DNA from: Macrostomum hystrix
Taxonomy: Eukaryota > Animalia > Platyhelminthes
Direction of reading: 5' to 3'
DNA: 64,000 bases
Assembly (NCBI GenBank): GCA_950097015.1
Contig: CATNEN010000007.1
Span: forward strand, 3,286,001-3,350,000
The notes beneath the pieces are model-generated. The model did not search any database. It saw only the letters and a program-made list of their open reading frames with translations, and was not told the DNA's origin. Within the stretch, counting starts at the first letter, position 1; the number at the start of each line of letters is the position of its first letter. Shown piece by piece: positions 1 through 12,804 of this stretch. The translations under genes were made by a program, and so were the position numbers.

Positions 1-3000
1 GCAGCGGCAGCCGCAATGTCTGCCTCGGCCGTTGAGGGTGCGGCCGACCCGGAAGAAGCAGCAGCAGCAGCAGCCGGGGCCGCTTCGCTAGGATTCCAGC
101 CTTGCCACAAAAATAGGCGGCTGCCGGCGTCAAACAAGACGAAGGCTGGAAGGAAAAGTTGTGATTGGTTGACAGCGGTGTACACAATTAACTATGTAAG
201 ATTGCCGCCAAGAAGCTGTGTCTGGAAGACTAAGTATACAGATTTTAAGAGACTGTAAAAATGTCTGCGAGGCAGTGTACACAGATTCCTGTGAGGCAAT
301 GTACACAGATTTCTGTGAGGTGGTGAACACAGATGTCTGTAAGGCACGGGCTAACGGTAGACCGATGGCAGCCTACCGTTAGCCGGCTGTGGCAGGGCCC
401 GCAGCGCGGCCTGCTGGCACGGAAACGGACTGGGCCGGTCAGGCTCGTGCCATGGATCAGACATCAGGCTGAACTGCAGCTCTCCGCCACCGACGCCGCC
501 GCTCCTGACAGACGAAGCGAACTTGAATACTCGCACCGGGGGCGGGTCATTGCAAGCTTCTATCTCCTCAGCTTCGTCATCCCTGTCGGATCCCAGAGCG
601 GCAAGAAAGCCGGCCGTCTCGGCGCCAGGCCGCTCAGCAGTCCAACTGCGGGGCGGCACCGGCAGACCGTCCAGGCCCATCTCCAATGGGGTGCCGTCGG
701 CCAGGGTGTCAGCACGCTGCTTGGCGAGCTGGCGGTACCAGTCGGCGGTGGCCGGGCCCAGCCACAGGTGGCCTTGCCCTGTCCGTCGTACCAGCAGGTA
801 GCAGCCGCGCGGACGGAGGGAGACCCGGCAGAGCGGCACCTGTACCAGCAGGCTCTCTTCGAAGCGGTGTCCGCGGACCAGAAACAAGCGGGCGGGAATG
901 TCGGGCTTGGCTTTGACGACGCCGGCGGAGCTCGAAGCGGGGGGATCGGAGTAGATCACGCAGGTGCCCTGGAATTGCAGGGAAGAGATGCCTAGTTCTT
1001 GCCGGGGTGGGATTTAGGGTAGGGTTCAAGTTTGGATTTAGGATGGGGTGTGAGATTGGATTCTGGATGGGATTTGAGATTGGATTCTGGATAGGATTTG
1101 AGATTGGATTCTGGATGGGGTTTGAGATTGGATTCTGGATGGGATTTGAGATGGGATTCTGGATGGGATTTGAGATTGGATTCTGGATAGGATTTGACTT
1201 TGTATTCACGATGGGATTCGACTTTGTATTCACGATGGGATTTGACTTTGTATTCACGATGGGATCTGAGACGGGATTCTGGATGGGATTTGAGATTGGA
1301 TTTAGGGTAGGATTTGAGTTTGAATTCACGATGGAATTTAAATTTGGTATTCAGGATGGGATTTGACTATGTATTCTGGATGTGATTTGAGTTTGGATTC
1401 AGGATGTGATTCAAGTCTGGATTTAGGATGTGATTTGAGTTCGGGTTTATGATTTGATTTCATGCCAGATTCAGAATGAGTCGGATTCAGGATGGAAATA
1501 CAATATTTGAGGTTTTGGGGTTAAGAATGGACTTCTTGCATGATCGTTGCAGCCAAGCTGACCTGGAAAATCCTGGCAAACGCGGGCGGCTCGAAGCCCT
1601 CGGCCACGTGCACCTGCGGGCAGCGCTCCTCGTCCATCTGGACAGTCAGCAGGGCGCCGGCTCCTTTCTCGCGCTGACCGGCTCCGGCGCCCTGCCAATA
1701 GAAGTAGGCGCACCTGTCCCGGCCCGTGTCACGGCCGCCAGCGGAGCCGCCGCCCAGCCGTCCGGTCAGGGAGATCAGACGGTACTGCCAGCGCACCAGC
1801 CGAATGCCGCAGCTGTGCAGCTGGCCGGCCGATCCCGGCGCCAGCTCCAGCCTCTCCAGCTCCGGTGTGACTAGCCAGGCCTTCACTGACAGCGTCTCCA
1901 GTTGGAAGGCGCGCTTCAGCCCGTCAGTGATCTCCGTCCAGGAGCCGCCGCGGCCAAGCTGGGAGCCTTCCAGTTCCAGGCAGGCCGGCGGGCGCCGCTG
2001 CCAGGCTCCCAGCATGTCGCGAGGTGAGCAGGGAGTCAGATCCCAGTCTGGGGGAGCCAGGGACTGGCTGAGTGGCCGGCTGGAGGGGTCCAAGCGGCCT
2101 TGTCCCGGGCGCTGGCCCAAAATGAGGCCGCGCTTGTCTGGCCAGTCCACGAACTTCTCCCGGAATAAAACTGTCTCGCCATTTTCATTTACCTGCAGGG
2201 AACGGAGGATTGCAGTTTCCGCAGTCAGATCACAAAAAAACTTAAATCCTTATGAAATAATCCCATTATTGTTCAGATCACAAAGAAATACTCAGGGACA
2301 TTTAAATCCTAAAGAAATCCTCAGGGACATTTAAATCCCAAAGAAATCCTCAGGGAAGTTTAAATCCCAAAGAAATCCTCAGGGAAGTTTAAATTCCAAA
2401 GAAATCCTCAGGGAGGTTTAAACCCCAAAGAAATCCCCAGGGACATTTAAATCCCAAAGAAATCCTCAGGGAAATTTAAATCCCAAAGAAATCCTCTCAT
2501 TATTGTTCAGATCCCAAAGAAATCTTGAGGGACGTTTAAATCCAAAAGAAATGCTCCCAATATCCCTTATAGATCTTAAGGAAATATTATTAACTCTAAA
2601 GCTCTTGTAAATCCTATAAAAGGGATTTTTACATCAAAAACTCTAACTCCATTCGTAATATTCCGAATCATTCTCACCTTTCCCAGCAGGCACCAGTCGG
2701 GTCGCTGGTCGCCCCTGACCGCAGCCAGCGCGTCCTGAGCAGTGGGCTCAACGCCGGACTCCTGGCCGACAATGGCAATCCAGGGCTCCAGAGGAGACAC
2801 GAGGCATTGTGAATAGTCGTAGCCCGATTGGAAAAGTTTCTCGGCCAGTTTCACACCCAGCCGCCTGGTGTAGCGATCGGCCCGCCGGCTGCACCACAGG
2901 TAGACCTCGGAGCCGAAGTCGCACACGATGGCGTCCGAGTTGGCAGACTCCAGCAGGCGGTGGGTGGCCGGACGGCCCCAATGCTCCTCGATGGGAACCA

Positions 3001-6000
3001 GGGCGCCTTGGGAGAGAAATAGTTCGCATAATCGGGGCGAATTTTAAGTTCACACTGCCAATTTAGAGTGACGTGAAAAGAGAGAGCCAAATCTAAAATT
3101 ATAGTAAATTTATTGAGTGACAGTCTGGCTGAAAATCTGAGTGACAATCGGAGTGACAATCTGAGTGACGATTGGAGTGACAGTCGGAGTGACAATCCGA
3201 GTGAAGGTCGGAGTGACAGTCTGAGTGACAATCCGAGTGAGAATCTGAGTGACAATCCGAGTGACAATCCGAATGACAATCTGAGTGACAGTCGGAGTGT
3301 CAACGGCTCACCGGCGGCAGCGTCCACCCTGTAGTAGGCGTTGGTATCGGCCAGCAGCTGCTCGTAGACGGAGTCTTCCTCGTCGGCCAGTGGCGGCCGG
3401 ACAGTCTGTGGCGAGTCATAGCCTAGCAGTCGCCAGAATCTCGCCGCCTTTGAAGAGGCCGAATCTGAGCTAGTCAGCATCAGCGGCTCCGAGGAGGCGC
3501 CCGAATAGCCCAGAGCTCGCTTGGCCGCCACCCACTTGGCCAGCTCGGAGGCTTTGCTGGCCTCCAGCACGTTGGCAAATTCTCCCTGCCACAGGTAGAC
3601 CGCCTCCTTGCTAATCAGCAGGTAACAGTCGCCGCTGCAAAGCGACTCGCGGCGAGGCCGGACCAGGCGCGACTGGGCATGACGGCGGCCCTTCACCTGC
3701 ACCAGCATCAGCGACTTGTGCGCCCGGGCGATGGCGCCGAACGGGCCGACTGGAGCTTCCGGGTTGGTCGGCTGAAGACTGATAGCGTCCAGGTCCACCT
3801 TGGCCTGCAGGCCCTGGATGGCCTCCTTGGCCAGGCCTGGTCAGGACAGATAGGGATTGCTAGGGGTGCTACAACTGGCATCAAAGTATGAGTCTGACAT
3901 CGGTGGGGATGCAGTGAGGTGCAAGTGAGCGTAATGAAGGGGTGAGTGAAGGGAGCTAAGGAAGTGAAGGGAATGTAGGAGTGAGTGAAGGAAGTGAAGG
4001 ATGAGTAAACGGATGAATGGAGTGAAGGGATGAAGGGAGTGAAGGGATGAGTGAAGGGATGAGTGAAGGGATGAAGGGAATGAAGGGATGAGTGAAGGGA
4101 TGAAGGGAATGAAGGGAATGAAGGGATGAAGGGAATGAAGGGATGAAGGGAATGAAGGGATGAAGGGAGTGAAGGTATGAGTGAAGGGATGAAGGGGTGA
4201 GTGAAGGGAGTGAAGGGATGAAGGGAGTGCAGGGATAAGTGAAAGGGATGAAGGGAGTGAAGGGATGAGTGAAGGGAGTGAAGGGATGAAGGGAGTGAAG
4301 GGATAAGTGAAAGGGATGAAGGGAGTGAAGGGATGAGTGAAGGGATGAGTGAAGGGATGAAGGGAATGAAGGGAATGAAGGGATGAAGGGAATGAAGGGA
4401 TGAAGGGAGTGAAGGGATGAGTGAAGGGATGAAGGGGTGAGTGAAGGGAGTGAAGGGATGAAGGGAGTGCAGGGATAAGTGAAAGGGATGAAGGGAGTGA
4501 AGGGATGAGTGAAGGGATGAAGAGATGAGAGAAGGGAGTGAAGGGATGAGTGAAGGCAATGAAGTGATGAGTGAAGGGAATGAAGTGATGAAGGGATGAG
4601 TGAAGTGAGTGAAGGGATGAAGGGAATGAAGGGAATGAAGGGATGAAGGGAATGAAGGGATGAAGGGAGTGAAGGGATGAGTGAAGGGATGAAGGGGTGA
4701 GTGAAGGGAGTGAAGGGATGAAGGGAGTGCAGGGATAAGTGAAAGGGATGAAGGGAGTGAAGGGATGAGTGAAGGGATGAAGAGATGAGAGAAGGGAGTG
4801 AAGGGATGAGTGAAGGCAATGAAGTGATGAGTGAAGGGAATGAAGTGATGAAGGGATGAGTGAAGTGAGTGAAGGGATGAAGGGATGAGTGAAGGGAGTG
4901 AAGGGATGAAGGGATGAGTGAAGGGATGAGTGAAGGGAGTGAAGGGATGAAGGGATGAGTGAAGGGATGAGTGAAGGGAGTGAAGGGATGAAGGGATGAG
5001 TGAAGGGAGTGAAGGAAAATAAATTCGCGCACCTTTGTTAACCTGCGAAGATTGCACTGTCCTGTCCTCCTTAATAGTGGATGTTGCCGATGTTGTGGTG
5101 ACAGCGGCGCTAGCAGCTGCAGTCAGCGGCGGCGTGGACTCGCGATGCCCGGAGCCGGCGCCAATCGCCGACATCTCCAGCTGAGCCCTGGCGCGCACCG
5201 GATTCTTCTGGGCGCGCCGGCGATTCTGCGGCATCGGCCGGCGACGCAGCTGGACAAGGTCGCTGGAAGAGAAAAGAGTGACTGTGGGAGTGACATTTGG
5301 AGTGAAAATAATTTCAAGTGTGACAAACTGCATAATTACGTCATCTCCGGAGCATCGTCAGCTTCAAGCGGGGTCGGCAAGTCTTCGCTGACGACAGCGG
5401 CAGCTTCGTCAGTTCTCTCCTCGGTGGGCAGGTCCACGGAAGCCAGATCATCGTGCTCCATGCTGGGGAAGAACTGGTCCGCAGTTTCGCTCATCTGTGG
5501 GATCAATTATAGACTGTCTGAAGCGCGGGAGCTTTTTTGAGACTAGATGCCATTTTTCAGATTAGATGCCATTTTTGGGATTAGATGCCATTTTTTTTGC
5601 CTGAATGCCATTTTTCAGAATGGATGCCAATTTTACTGACATTCGTGAAGGCAAAAGCGTTAACAGTATCAGTTTAATTAGTCTCCGATCCACAATCCGT
5701 GGCGTCAGCCTACTCACACAGACCGGCGCGAATCCAAATCCGCCGGCTACTTCGTCTGAATCGAAGTTCAGACTGTCAGGCCGGCCGGCTGAATCGGCCG
5801 AGACTCCGGCGGCCGACGCGTCCGGAGCTCCGGGCGGCGGTGAGCAGGTTAGAGTCCGCCTGGGCGGCTGTCCTCTAGCCGGTGAGCTCAGCAAGCCGCT
5901 GAGCCTTTCAGCTGCCTCCGAGCTGGCGAGTTCGCCCAGCCGACTGCGGATTGTGAGGCTGCGGGCCTCCTCCCCGGCTGACGGCTGCTTCTTGCGCCAC

Positions 6001-9000
6001 CCGACCGCCTCCTCGCGAATTAGCTGGCTCTGCAGCTCGGCGATTTGGCTGCGCGGACGATCCGGCGAAGACCTGACACGGGGTTTGACGGGAGAGTGAG
6101 GAGAAAAGTGGAATGTTGAAGCGGGAGAACGAAGAGACAGAGAGGACGAACAAAGAGACGGAGGGGAAGAACAAAGAGATAAAGGGAAGAACGAATAGAC
6201 GGAGGGGAGAACAAAGAAACAGAGGGGAAGAACGAAGAGATAAAGGGGAAGAACAAAGAGACAGAGGGGAAGAACGAAGAGATAAAGGGGAGAACTAAGA
6301 GACAGAGGGGAAGAACTAAGAGACAGAGGGGAGAACTAAGAGACAGAGGGGAAGAACTAAGAGACAGAGGGGAAGAACGGACAGAAGAAGCGTAGAACGG
6401 GCGAGTCAGATCTAACCTGGGAGTGACCCGCAGCTTCCAGTTATCTTCGCCGCTCTTCTGCAACGCCTGCATCCGGTCGGCGAGGCTTCCAACCGGTGCG
6501 CCAGGAAGCGGAGCTGTGCTGCTGCGCAGCTTGTACTGGTGCTTCTGCGGAGACGCCTGCTGCTGCTGCTGCTGGTCGTCCTTCTCCTCATCCTGGCGGT
6601 GATGCTCATCGCCGCTGCTGTTCTCGCCGGATTCTTCGAAGCTGCGCGAGTGAGGCCGGGTCTGCTCGCGGAAGCTGGCGGTTGCAGGGCGATTCGAGAA
6701 TGTCTATACATCCCAGCGTGTCAGTTCAATTTAGGAACATAATTTACAAAAATGTATAATTCGCATACTGTAACAGCCCATATAAGCATGAAATCTCTAA
6801 CAAAGTAATACTCGTACTTTTTCGATTAGAATTGCGCATTTTTTCCTGATTTAACAAAGTCTGCAACATTGCCCACTGCAGAAGAAGCCAGTCTCCTTTC
6901 GCTACAATTTATTACGTCGAAAGAAAATAGAAAGGAAACAATAAAGCATGTCTAAACATTCGAGGCGGAGTGCAGAACTGCGCAAAAAACTAACTGCTTT
7001 CGTTGCTGCCTAATCCATATGAAAAAAACATGCAGATTAATTAAAAATTACGGTTGATGGATTGCCTAAATACACACTATGTTAGCTGTTGCTAATAGGC
7101 GAAAGCTTAACTCTGTAAATATATATAATCCTCTATCTATCCTCTCCTCTGTCGTCTCCTCTCTACCCTCTCCTCTCACTACCCTCTCCTCTCACTACCC
7201 TCTCCTCTCACTACCTGCTCCTCTCTGCTCTCTCCTCTCACTATCCTCTCCTCTCACTACCTTCTCCTCTCACTACCCTCTCCTCTCACTACCCTCTCCT
7301 CTCACTACCTTCTCCTCTCACTACCTTCTCCTCTCACTACCCTCTCCTCTCACTACCCTCTCCTCTCACTACCCTCTCCTCTCACTACCCTCTCCTCTCA
7401 CTACCTTCTCCTCTCACTAACTTCTCCTCTCACTACCCTCTCCTCTCACTACCTTCTCCTCTCACTACCCTCTCCTCTTACTACCCTCTCCTCTCACTAC
7501 CTTCTCCTCTCACTACCTTCTCCTCTCACTACCTTCTCCTCTTACTACCCTCTCCTCTCACTACCTTCTCCTCTCACTACCTTCTCCTCTCACTAACCTC
7601 TCCTCTCACTACCCTCTCCTCTCACTACCTTCTCCTCTCACTACCTTCTCCTCTCACTACCCTCTCCTCTCACTACCCTCTCCTCTTACTACCTTCTCCT
7701 CTCACTACCTTCTCCTCTCACTACCTTCTCCTCTCACTACCCTCTCCTCTCACTACCCTCTCCTCTTACTACCTTCTCCTCTCACTACCTTCTCCTCTCA
7801 CTACCCTCTCCTCTCACTACCCTCTCCTCTCACTACCCTCTCTACCCTCTGCTCTCACTACTCTCCCCTCCCCTACCCTCTCCTATGGATTGACAACTAG
7901 ACACCCAGTGTGAGGCTGTATGGGTAAAGAATAAGAATTGCCCAGGTGCAATTTCACATATTTGCTATGCGCACAATATGTTAGAGCTGCGAATAGTATG
8001 AACACCGAAAGGACCGCAGAACCTATGAGAACAGTTTCAACGTAATATCAAAAGTTGTTTACTATCCAGCTTGTATAACCAACGGATCAAAGACACTTTT
8101 GGAAGTGTGTTTAACGAAATCGATAAACAAAATAACATTTAAATGGCCTAAAAACACTAGGTAATATTTTGTAGACTAAAGAAACGAGAGCTTACAAGAG
8201 ATCGGATAGGAAGATTTTTAGCGGACCAAAGAAACGATAGAACGATTTTGGGGAACAAAAGAAGCGATAAGAATAATAAAGAATAAAATATTTTTAGCAG
8301 ACCAGAAAAACAACAGGAGGATTTTAGTGGATCAAAGAAACGACAGGAGTATTTTAGCGGATCAGAGAAACGACAGGAGTATTTTAGCGGATCAGAGAAA
8401 CGACAGGAGTATTTTAGCGGATCAGAGAAACGACAGGAGGATTTTTTGCGGATCAGAGAAGCGACAGGAGGATTTTTAGCGGATCAGAGAAACGATAAGA
8501 ATAATTTTAGCGGACCAGATAAACGACAGGAAGGTTTTTAGCGGACAAGAGAAACGACTGGAGTATTTTAGCGGATCAGAGAAACGACAGGAGTATTTTT
8601 AGCGGATCAGAGAAACGATAAGAATAATTTTAGCGGACCAGATAAACGACAGGAAGGTTTTTAGCGGACAAGAGAAACGACTGGAGTATTTTAGCGGATC
8701 AGAGAAACGACAGGAGTATTTTAGCGGATCAGAGAAACGACAGGAGTATTTTAGCGGATCAGAGAAACGACAGGAGTATTTTAGCGGATCAGAGAAACGA
8801 CAGGAGTATTTTAGCGGATCAGAGAAACGACAGGAGGATTTTTTGCGGATCAGAGAAACGATAAGAATAATTTTAGCGGACCAGATAAACGACAGGAAGG
8901 TTTTTAGCGGACAAGAGAAACGACTGGAGTATTTTAGCGGATCAGAGAAACGACAGGAGTATTTTAGCGGATCAGAGAAACGACAGGAGTATTTTAGCGG

Positions 9001-12000
9001 ATCAGAGAAACGACAGGAGGATTTTTTGCGGATCAGAGAAGCGACAGGAGGATTTTTAGCGGATAAGAGAAACCATAAGAATAATTTTAGCGGACCAGAT
9101 AAACGACAGGAAGGTTTTTAGCGGATCAGAGAAACGACAGGAAGGTTTTAGCGGACAAGAGAAAAGACAGGAAGGTTTTTAGCGGATCAGAGAAACGACA
9201 GGAGGATTTTTAGCGGATCAGAGAAGCGACAGGAGGATTTTTAGCGGACAAGAGAAACGACAGGAATGTTTTTAACACTTTTGGCACCTTTTTCTCACTT
9301 TAATCTTTTGCCAACAGACGAGGACCAAGGTGAGTTCTTCTTGGTCTTGCTGTCATCGCTGCCCTGCTGCTGCAGCTGAGTCACCAGCTCCGTAATTGGG
9401 CGGCCGCGCGTTGGCAACTCCCTAGCTGGCGGGGAAGAGTCCTTAGCAACCGGACGCTGCTGCTGAATAGCGCTCCATCGTTGAATACCCTCGGCAGCCT
9501 TGCCACGCAGCTGCACCAGTGCGGCTTCGTCCGACTGCATCTCGCCGGAATCCAATCGATCTTTGTCTGCAGAATTTCAAAAGCCAGCAAAATAAAAGTT
9601 ATAGTCTCGGCAATAGAAATTGAATTTAGAAATGATGAATTATCTGTGTCCAATAGCTGCGGGCGCTAACATGTCTGGCTGCCTCTATCTAGCCTCCTCT
9701 CCCTGTCCTTCAGTATTTTAACGATGCTCTTCTTCTGCACAATCTTATCTTCTATCTCAGATCAAACAAGTGTGGCCAGATAATGTAAGTCACACCGCAC
9801 AGGGGAGGTTGTGTGTTGGTTGGCATGTCTTGGCTTGTCACAAAACTTTCGAGCAAAAACAGCGTTACAACAGCCAGTTCATAGGCTTAGTTAGGGGTCA
9901 ATGGCAAAACAAATTACACAAATATTTAACCAAAAGGCAACAGTCTAGAAATGTTTTACGTTTCTGCGCAGCATAAATTTATCTCTATAATATATATTTT
10001 GGCTAGCTTTCGTAGGCGATAACATGGCGGAAATCTGCCTAACATAGAGATTAGATTAGATTTGTTGCTGCGCTGCTAACTTTTTGTTTTGTCTGAGCTT
10101 CTCAAGTATTCTCAATCTGAGAGATAAGCATACCATGAAGACAAAATTTTGTATAGACATACTACTCACCATTAGTAGTAGCGATAGTGACTTCCGCTTC
10201 CATGCCTGACACTGTAGCATCACTGTCCTTTAGAAATAGGCTAGAAACATCTTCCAGTGTGACAGGCTGCAATGAACAGATGAATGAACCAGTGGGTGGC
10301 AAATACAGGGAATGTACATTGACGGTCTGTGGTGATTGGCCGGGGAGTGTGTACAATGTACATAGACAGTTTGCGGTGATTGGCCAGGGAGTGTCTACAA
10401 TGTACATGGACAGTCTGCGGTGATTGGCCAGGGAGTGTGTACAATGTACGAGTACATAGACAGTCTGTGGTGATTGGCCGGGGAGTGTGTACATTGTACA
10501 TAGACGGTCTGCGGTGATTGGCCTGGGAGTGTGTTAAGTCTACATAGGCGGTCTGCAGCTATTTACCAGAGAGATTGTAAGGTCTTGGAAAGGTTGAAGG
10601 GATTGGTCAAGGAGTGTTTACATCGATGAATTGTGAGTTGTGGTCATATTATACGATCTCATCTATTGTACAAACACAGCAACGCAAAAAGCGAATCCAT
10701 AAATGAGTGCATAAACTGAACTATAAAGTGCATAAATGCATGCAAAACAAAACAATACTAAATTAATTAATAGGAAATCAACTTAGGTCAAATTGTGTTT
10801 GTGACAAAATGCAGTATATTTTTGGTTAGTAATCCCAGTGCATGGTGAAGTACAAGTGCAGATCGAGATCTAGAAATTAGAGATCACGGAGAGAAGAAAC
10901 AAGCTATTTAGTAACACAGGTTAGTTGATTGCTCTGATTCTATAATTACAAACGAAAAGTACATTTTTTGCACAGGCCAATTAGGGCATTCAATACAACT
11001 AGTGTCCTACTGTTGTCTGATTGCGTAATCTTCTCCTACGCCTCAGAGCGGAAGCTGCAGGACTCGATACTACAGCCGGACTGTCAAAAGTTGAACAGTC
11101 ACTGTCCGCGGCGACGCTACGAGCTTTGCCAAGAAACATTTTCCGTTTCTCAGCCAGTGATAGACTGTGGGATAGCAGGGTTAGATTGGTAGCTGAGACA
11201 GGTGTGCCTGTAACTGAGACAGGTGTGCCTGTAACTAAGACAGGTGTGCCTGTAACTGAGACAGGTGTGCCTGTAATTGAGACAAGTGCGCCTGTAACTG
11301 AGACAAGTGTGCCTGTAACTGAGACAGGTGTGCCTGTAACTGAGACAGGTGTGCCTGTAATTGAGACAAGTGCGCCTGTAGCTGAGACAAGTGTGCCTGT
11401 AACTGAGACAGGTGTGCCTGTAACTGAGACAGGTGTGCCTGTAATTGAGACAAGTGCGCCTGTAACTGAGACAAGTGTGCCTGTTACTGAGACAGGTGTG
11501 CCTGTAACTGAGACAGGTGCGCCTGTAACTGAGGCATGTGTGCCTGTAACTGAGACAGGTGTGCCTGTAACTGAGACAGGTGTGCCTGTAACTGAGACAG
11601 GTGTGCCTATAACTGAGACAGGCATGCATGTAACTGAGACAGGTGTGCCTGTAGCTGAGACAGGTGTGCCAATAACTGAAACAGGTGTGCCTGTTGCTCA
11701 GATAGGTGCTTGTAAGTGAAAGAGCTGTGCCTGTAACTTAGTCACATTACATGGCAAAAATGTTACAATTGTTAAAAAGCAAAAGTATTTTGACTTCAAA
11801 AAGCATCGAATTTTTTTGCTGCTTGAGTAAAGCTCGCTGTCTCACCTGGACAGCGTATCCACGTGATTTCCAGCCTCCCCATTGTTACTAGTCTCCTCAG
11901 TTGGTTCCGGCCACAATCGGCCAGAAGCGGATGTCTCTGAAGCGGTTTCAACGCCGAGTCCGCCGCCGCCGCCGCTCACCCTCCGCCGCCATTTGTCAAT

Positions 12001-12804
12001 TATGCCAGACACTGGCGGCAGCTGGGCCAGCTCCGCTATCGGCTCTGTCTCCACTACTATATCGACAGGAACCGAGGCGCCTGTGACAACCAGCGCGTCC
12101 TCCTGCTGCTGACGAATCAGTCTCAAGGCTCGCTCAGCAATGGACATGCCGCCAACAGCGCATTCTTCAGCAGCCTCAAGTGCTGCGACTTCCGTCGAGG
12201 CCGCATCGGGATCAACAGCGCTGCCGGATGCACCGACGGAGGCGACGGCAAGAGCGGCCGCCTTTTCCAGATCCTCCACCGACACTGGCAGGGTACGGGA
12301 GCGAAGCCTGCGCTCGGACAAACGGTTTAGGCGACGAGAAACATTACTGCCAGAGGCGGCTGCGGACGATGAAGAGCAAAACAGAGCCCGCCTCTGCGAG
12401 ACCGACAGGTGCGAGAAATTATCGACTGGATCGGCGATGTTGCCGGCCGAGCCAACGGATTGCGTCGGACTCGGCGTTGGCGACGGCGCAGCGACGCAAG
12501 ACAGTTGAAAACTGAGCTTCTCGCTGGACTCGAGAGCGTCCTGGCGATGCAGTGTCGGAGACTGCGGGCGCTGCTGATCTCGGCTCGAATTCATGAGCTG
12601 CGGATTCTGACCCGGATTTAGATTTTCTGTCAGCGTCAGTTGCTCAGATTGGTTAAGCTGCTGCTGCTGCTGCTGCTGCTGCTGTCGAAGCTCTTGCATC
12701 CGACGCTCGCGAGCGATTCTCTGGCGCCTCAGCTGCCTATCCTGCAGGCTCTCCTTCGCGGCGCCGCCGCTGCCTGAGATCACGGCAGTTTTGCAAGAGT
12801 CCAT
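1..12804 (-). CDS. SVIL: Supervillin (villin/gelsolin family), multi-exon, 3' end beyond window start
   Basis: Exons in transcript order (plus coordinates): 11846-12804, 11011-11164, 10170-10266, 9299-9566, 6417-6674, 5718-6072, 5340-5494, 5033-5262, 3312-3836, 2678-3006, 1563-2192, 377-968, 1-145. All junctions are GT-AG and phases match. Supervillin-type motifs: [149 protein letters not shown]. Start ATG at 12804 has an in-frame upstream stop, but an extra 5' coding exon cannot be excluded. Confidence 0.92.
1007..1500. repeat. Intronic minisatellite, 12/24-bp unit (GGATTTGAGATTGGATTCTGGATG)
   Basis: Visible tandem copies between supervillin exons. Confidence 0.9.
2290..2540. repeat. Intronic minisatellite, 29-bp unit (TTAAATCCCAAAGAAATCCTCAGGGACAT)
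   Basis: About 8 tandem copies. Confidence 0.9.
3115..3300. repeat. Intronic minisatellite, 12-bp unit (CTGAGTGACAAT)
   Basis: Visible tandem copies inside intron 3007-3311. Confidence 0.9.
3935..5016. repeat. Purine-rich low-complexity repeat (GAAGGGATGAGT-like)
   Basis: Fills intron 3837-5032. Confidence 0.92.
6110..6380. repeat. Purine-rich minisatellite (~21 bp, GAGACAGAGGGGAAGAACTAA)
   Basis: Fills intron 6073-6416. Confidence 0.85.
7135..7885. repeat. 16-bp minisatellite (CTCACTACCCTCTCCT)
   Basis: Homogeneous tandem array. Confidence 0.93.
8200..9270. repeat. 30-bp minisatellite (GCGGATCAGAGAAACGACAGGAGTATTTTA)
   Basis: Contiguous tandem copies, no unique spacers. Confidence 0.93.
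10320..10560. repeat. ~45-bp degenerate tandem repeat (GTGATTGGCCAGGGAGTGTGTACAATGTACATAGACAGTCTGCG)
   Basis: About 5 copies. Confidence 0.85.
11190..11720. repeat. 21-bp minisatellite (ACTGAGACAGGTGTGCCTGTA)
   Basis: Explains the TETGVPV-type ORFs. Confidence 0.93.

Noticed and set aside
3007-3311. Read-through of the supervillin intron as an RS/LS-rich coding insert
   Set aside because: The intron has canonical GTGAG and AG ends, and its 305-nt length would shift the frame of the conserved downstream exon.
333-3473. Plus-strand ORFs overlapping supervillin exons (also those opposite the filamin, zinc-finger and gag-pol genes)
   Set aside because: Antisense shadows of GC-rich coding sequence with no recognisable domains.
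3708-5032. His/Pro/Ser/Leu-rich ORFs of 541 and 358 aa
   Set aside because: Translation of the purine-rich intronic repeat. Only 5033-5262 is a real exon.
8200-9270. 30-bp repeat array as a CRISPR array
   Set aside because: Units are contiguous with no unique spacers, there are no cas genes, and it lies in a spliceosomal intron.
10999-11719. TETGVPV / VSVTGTP antifreeze- or mucin-like ORFs
   Set aside because: 21-bp intronic minisatellite. Only 11011-11164 (minus) is coding.
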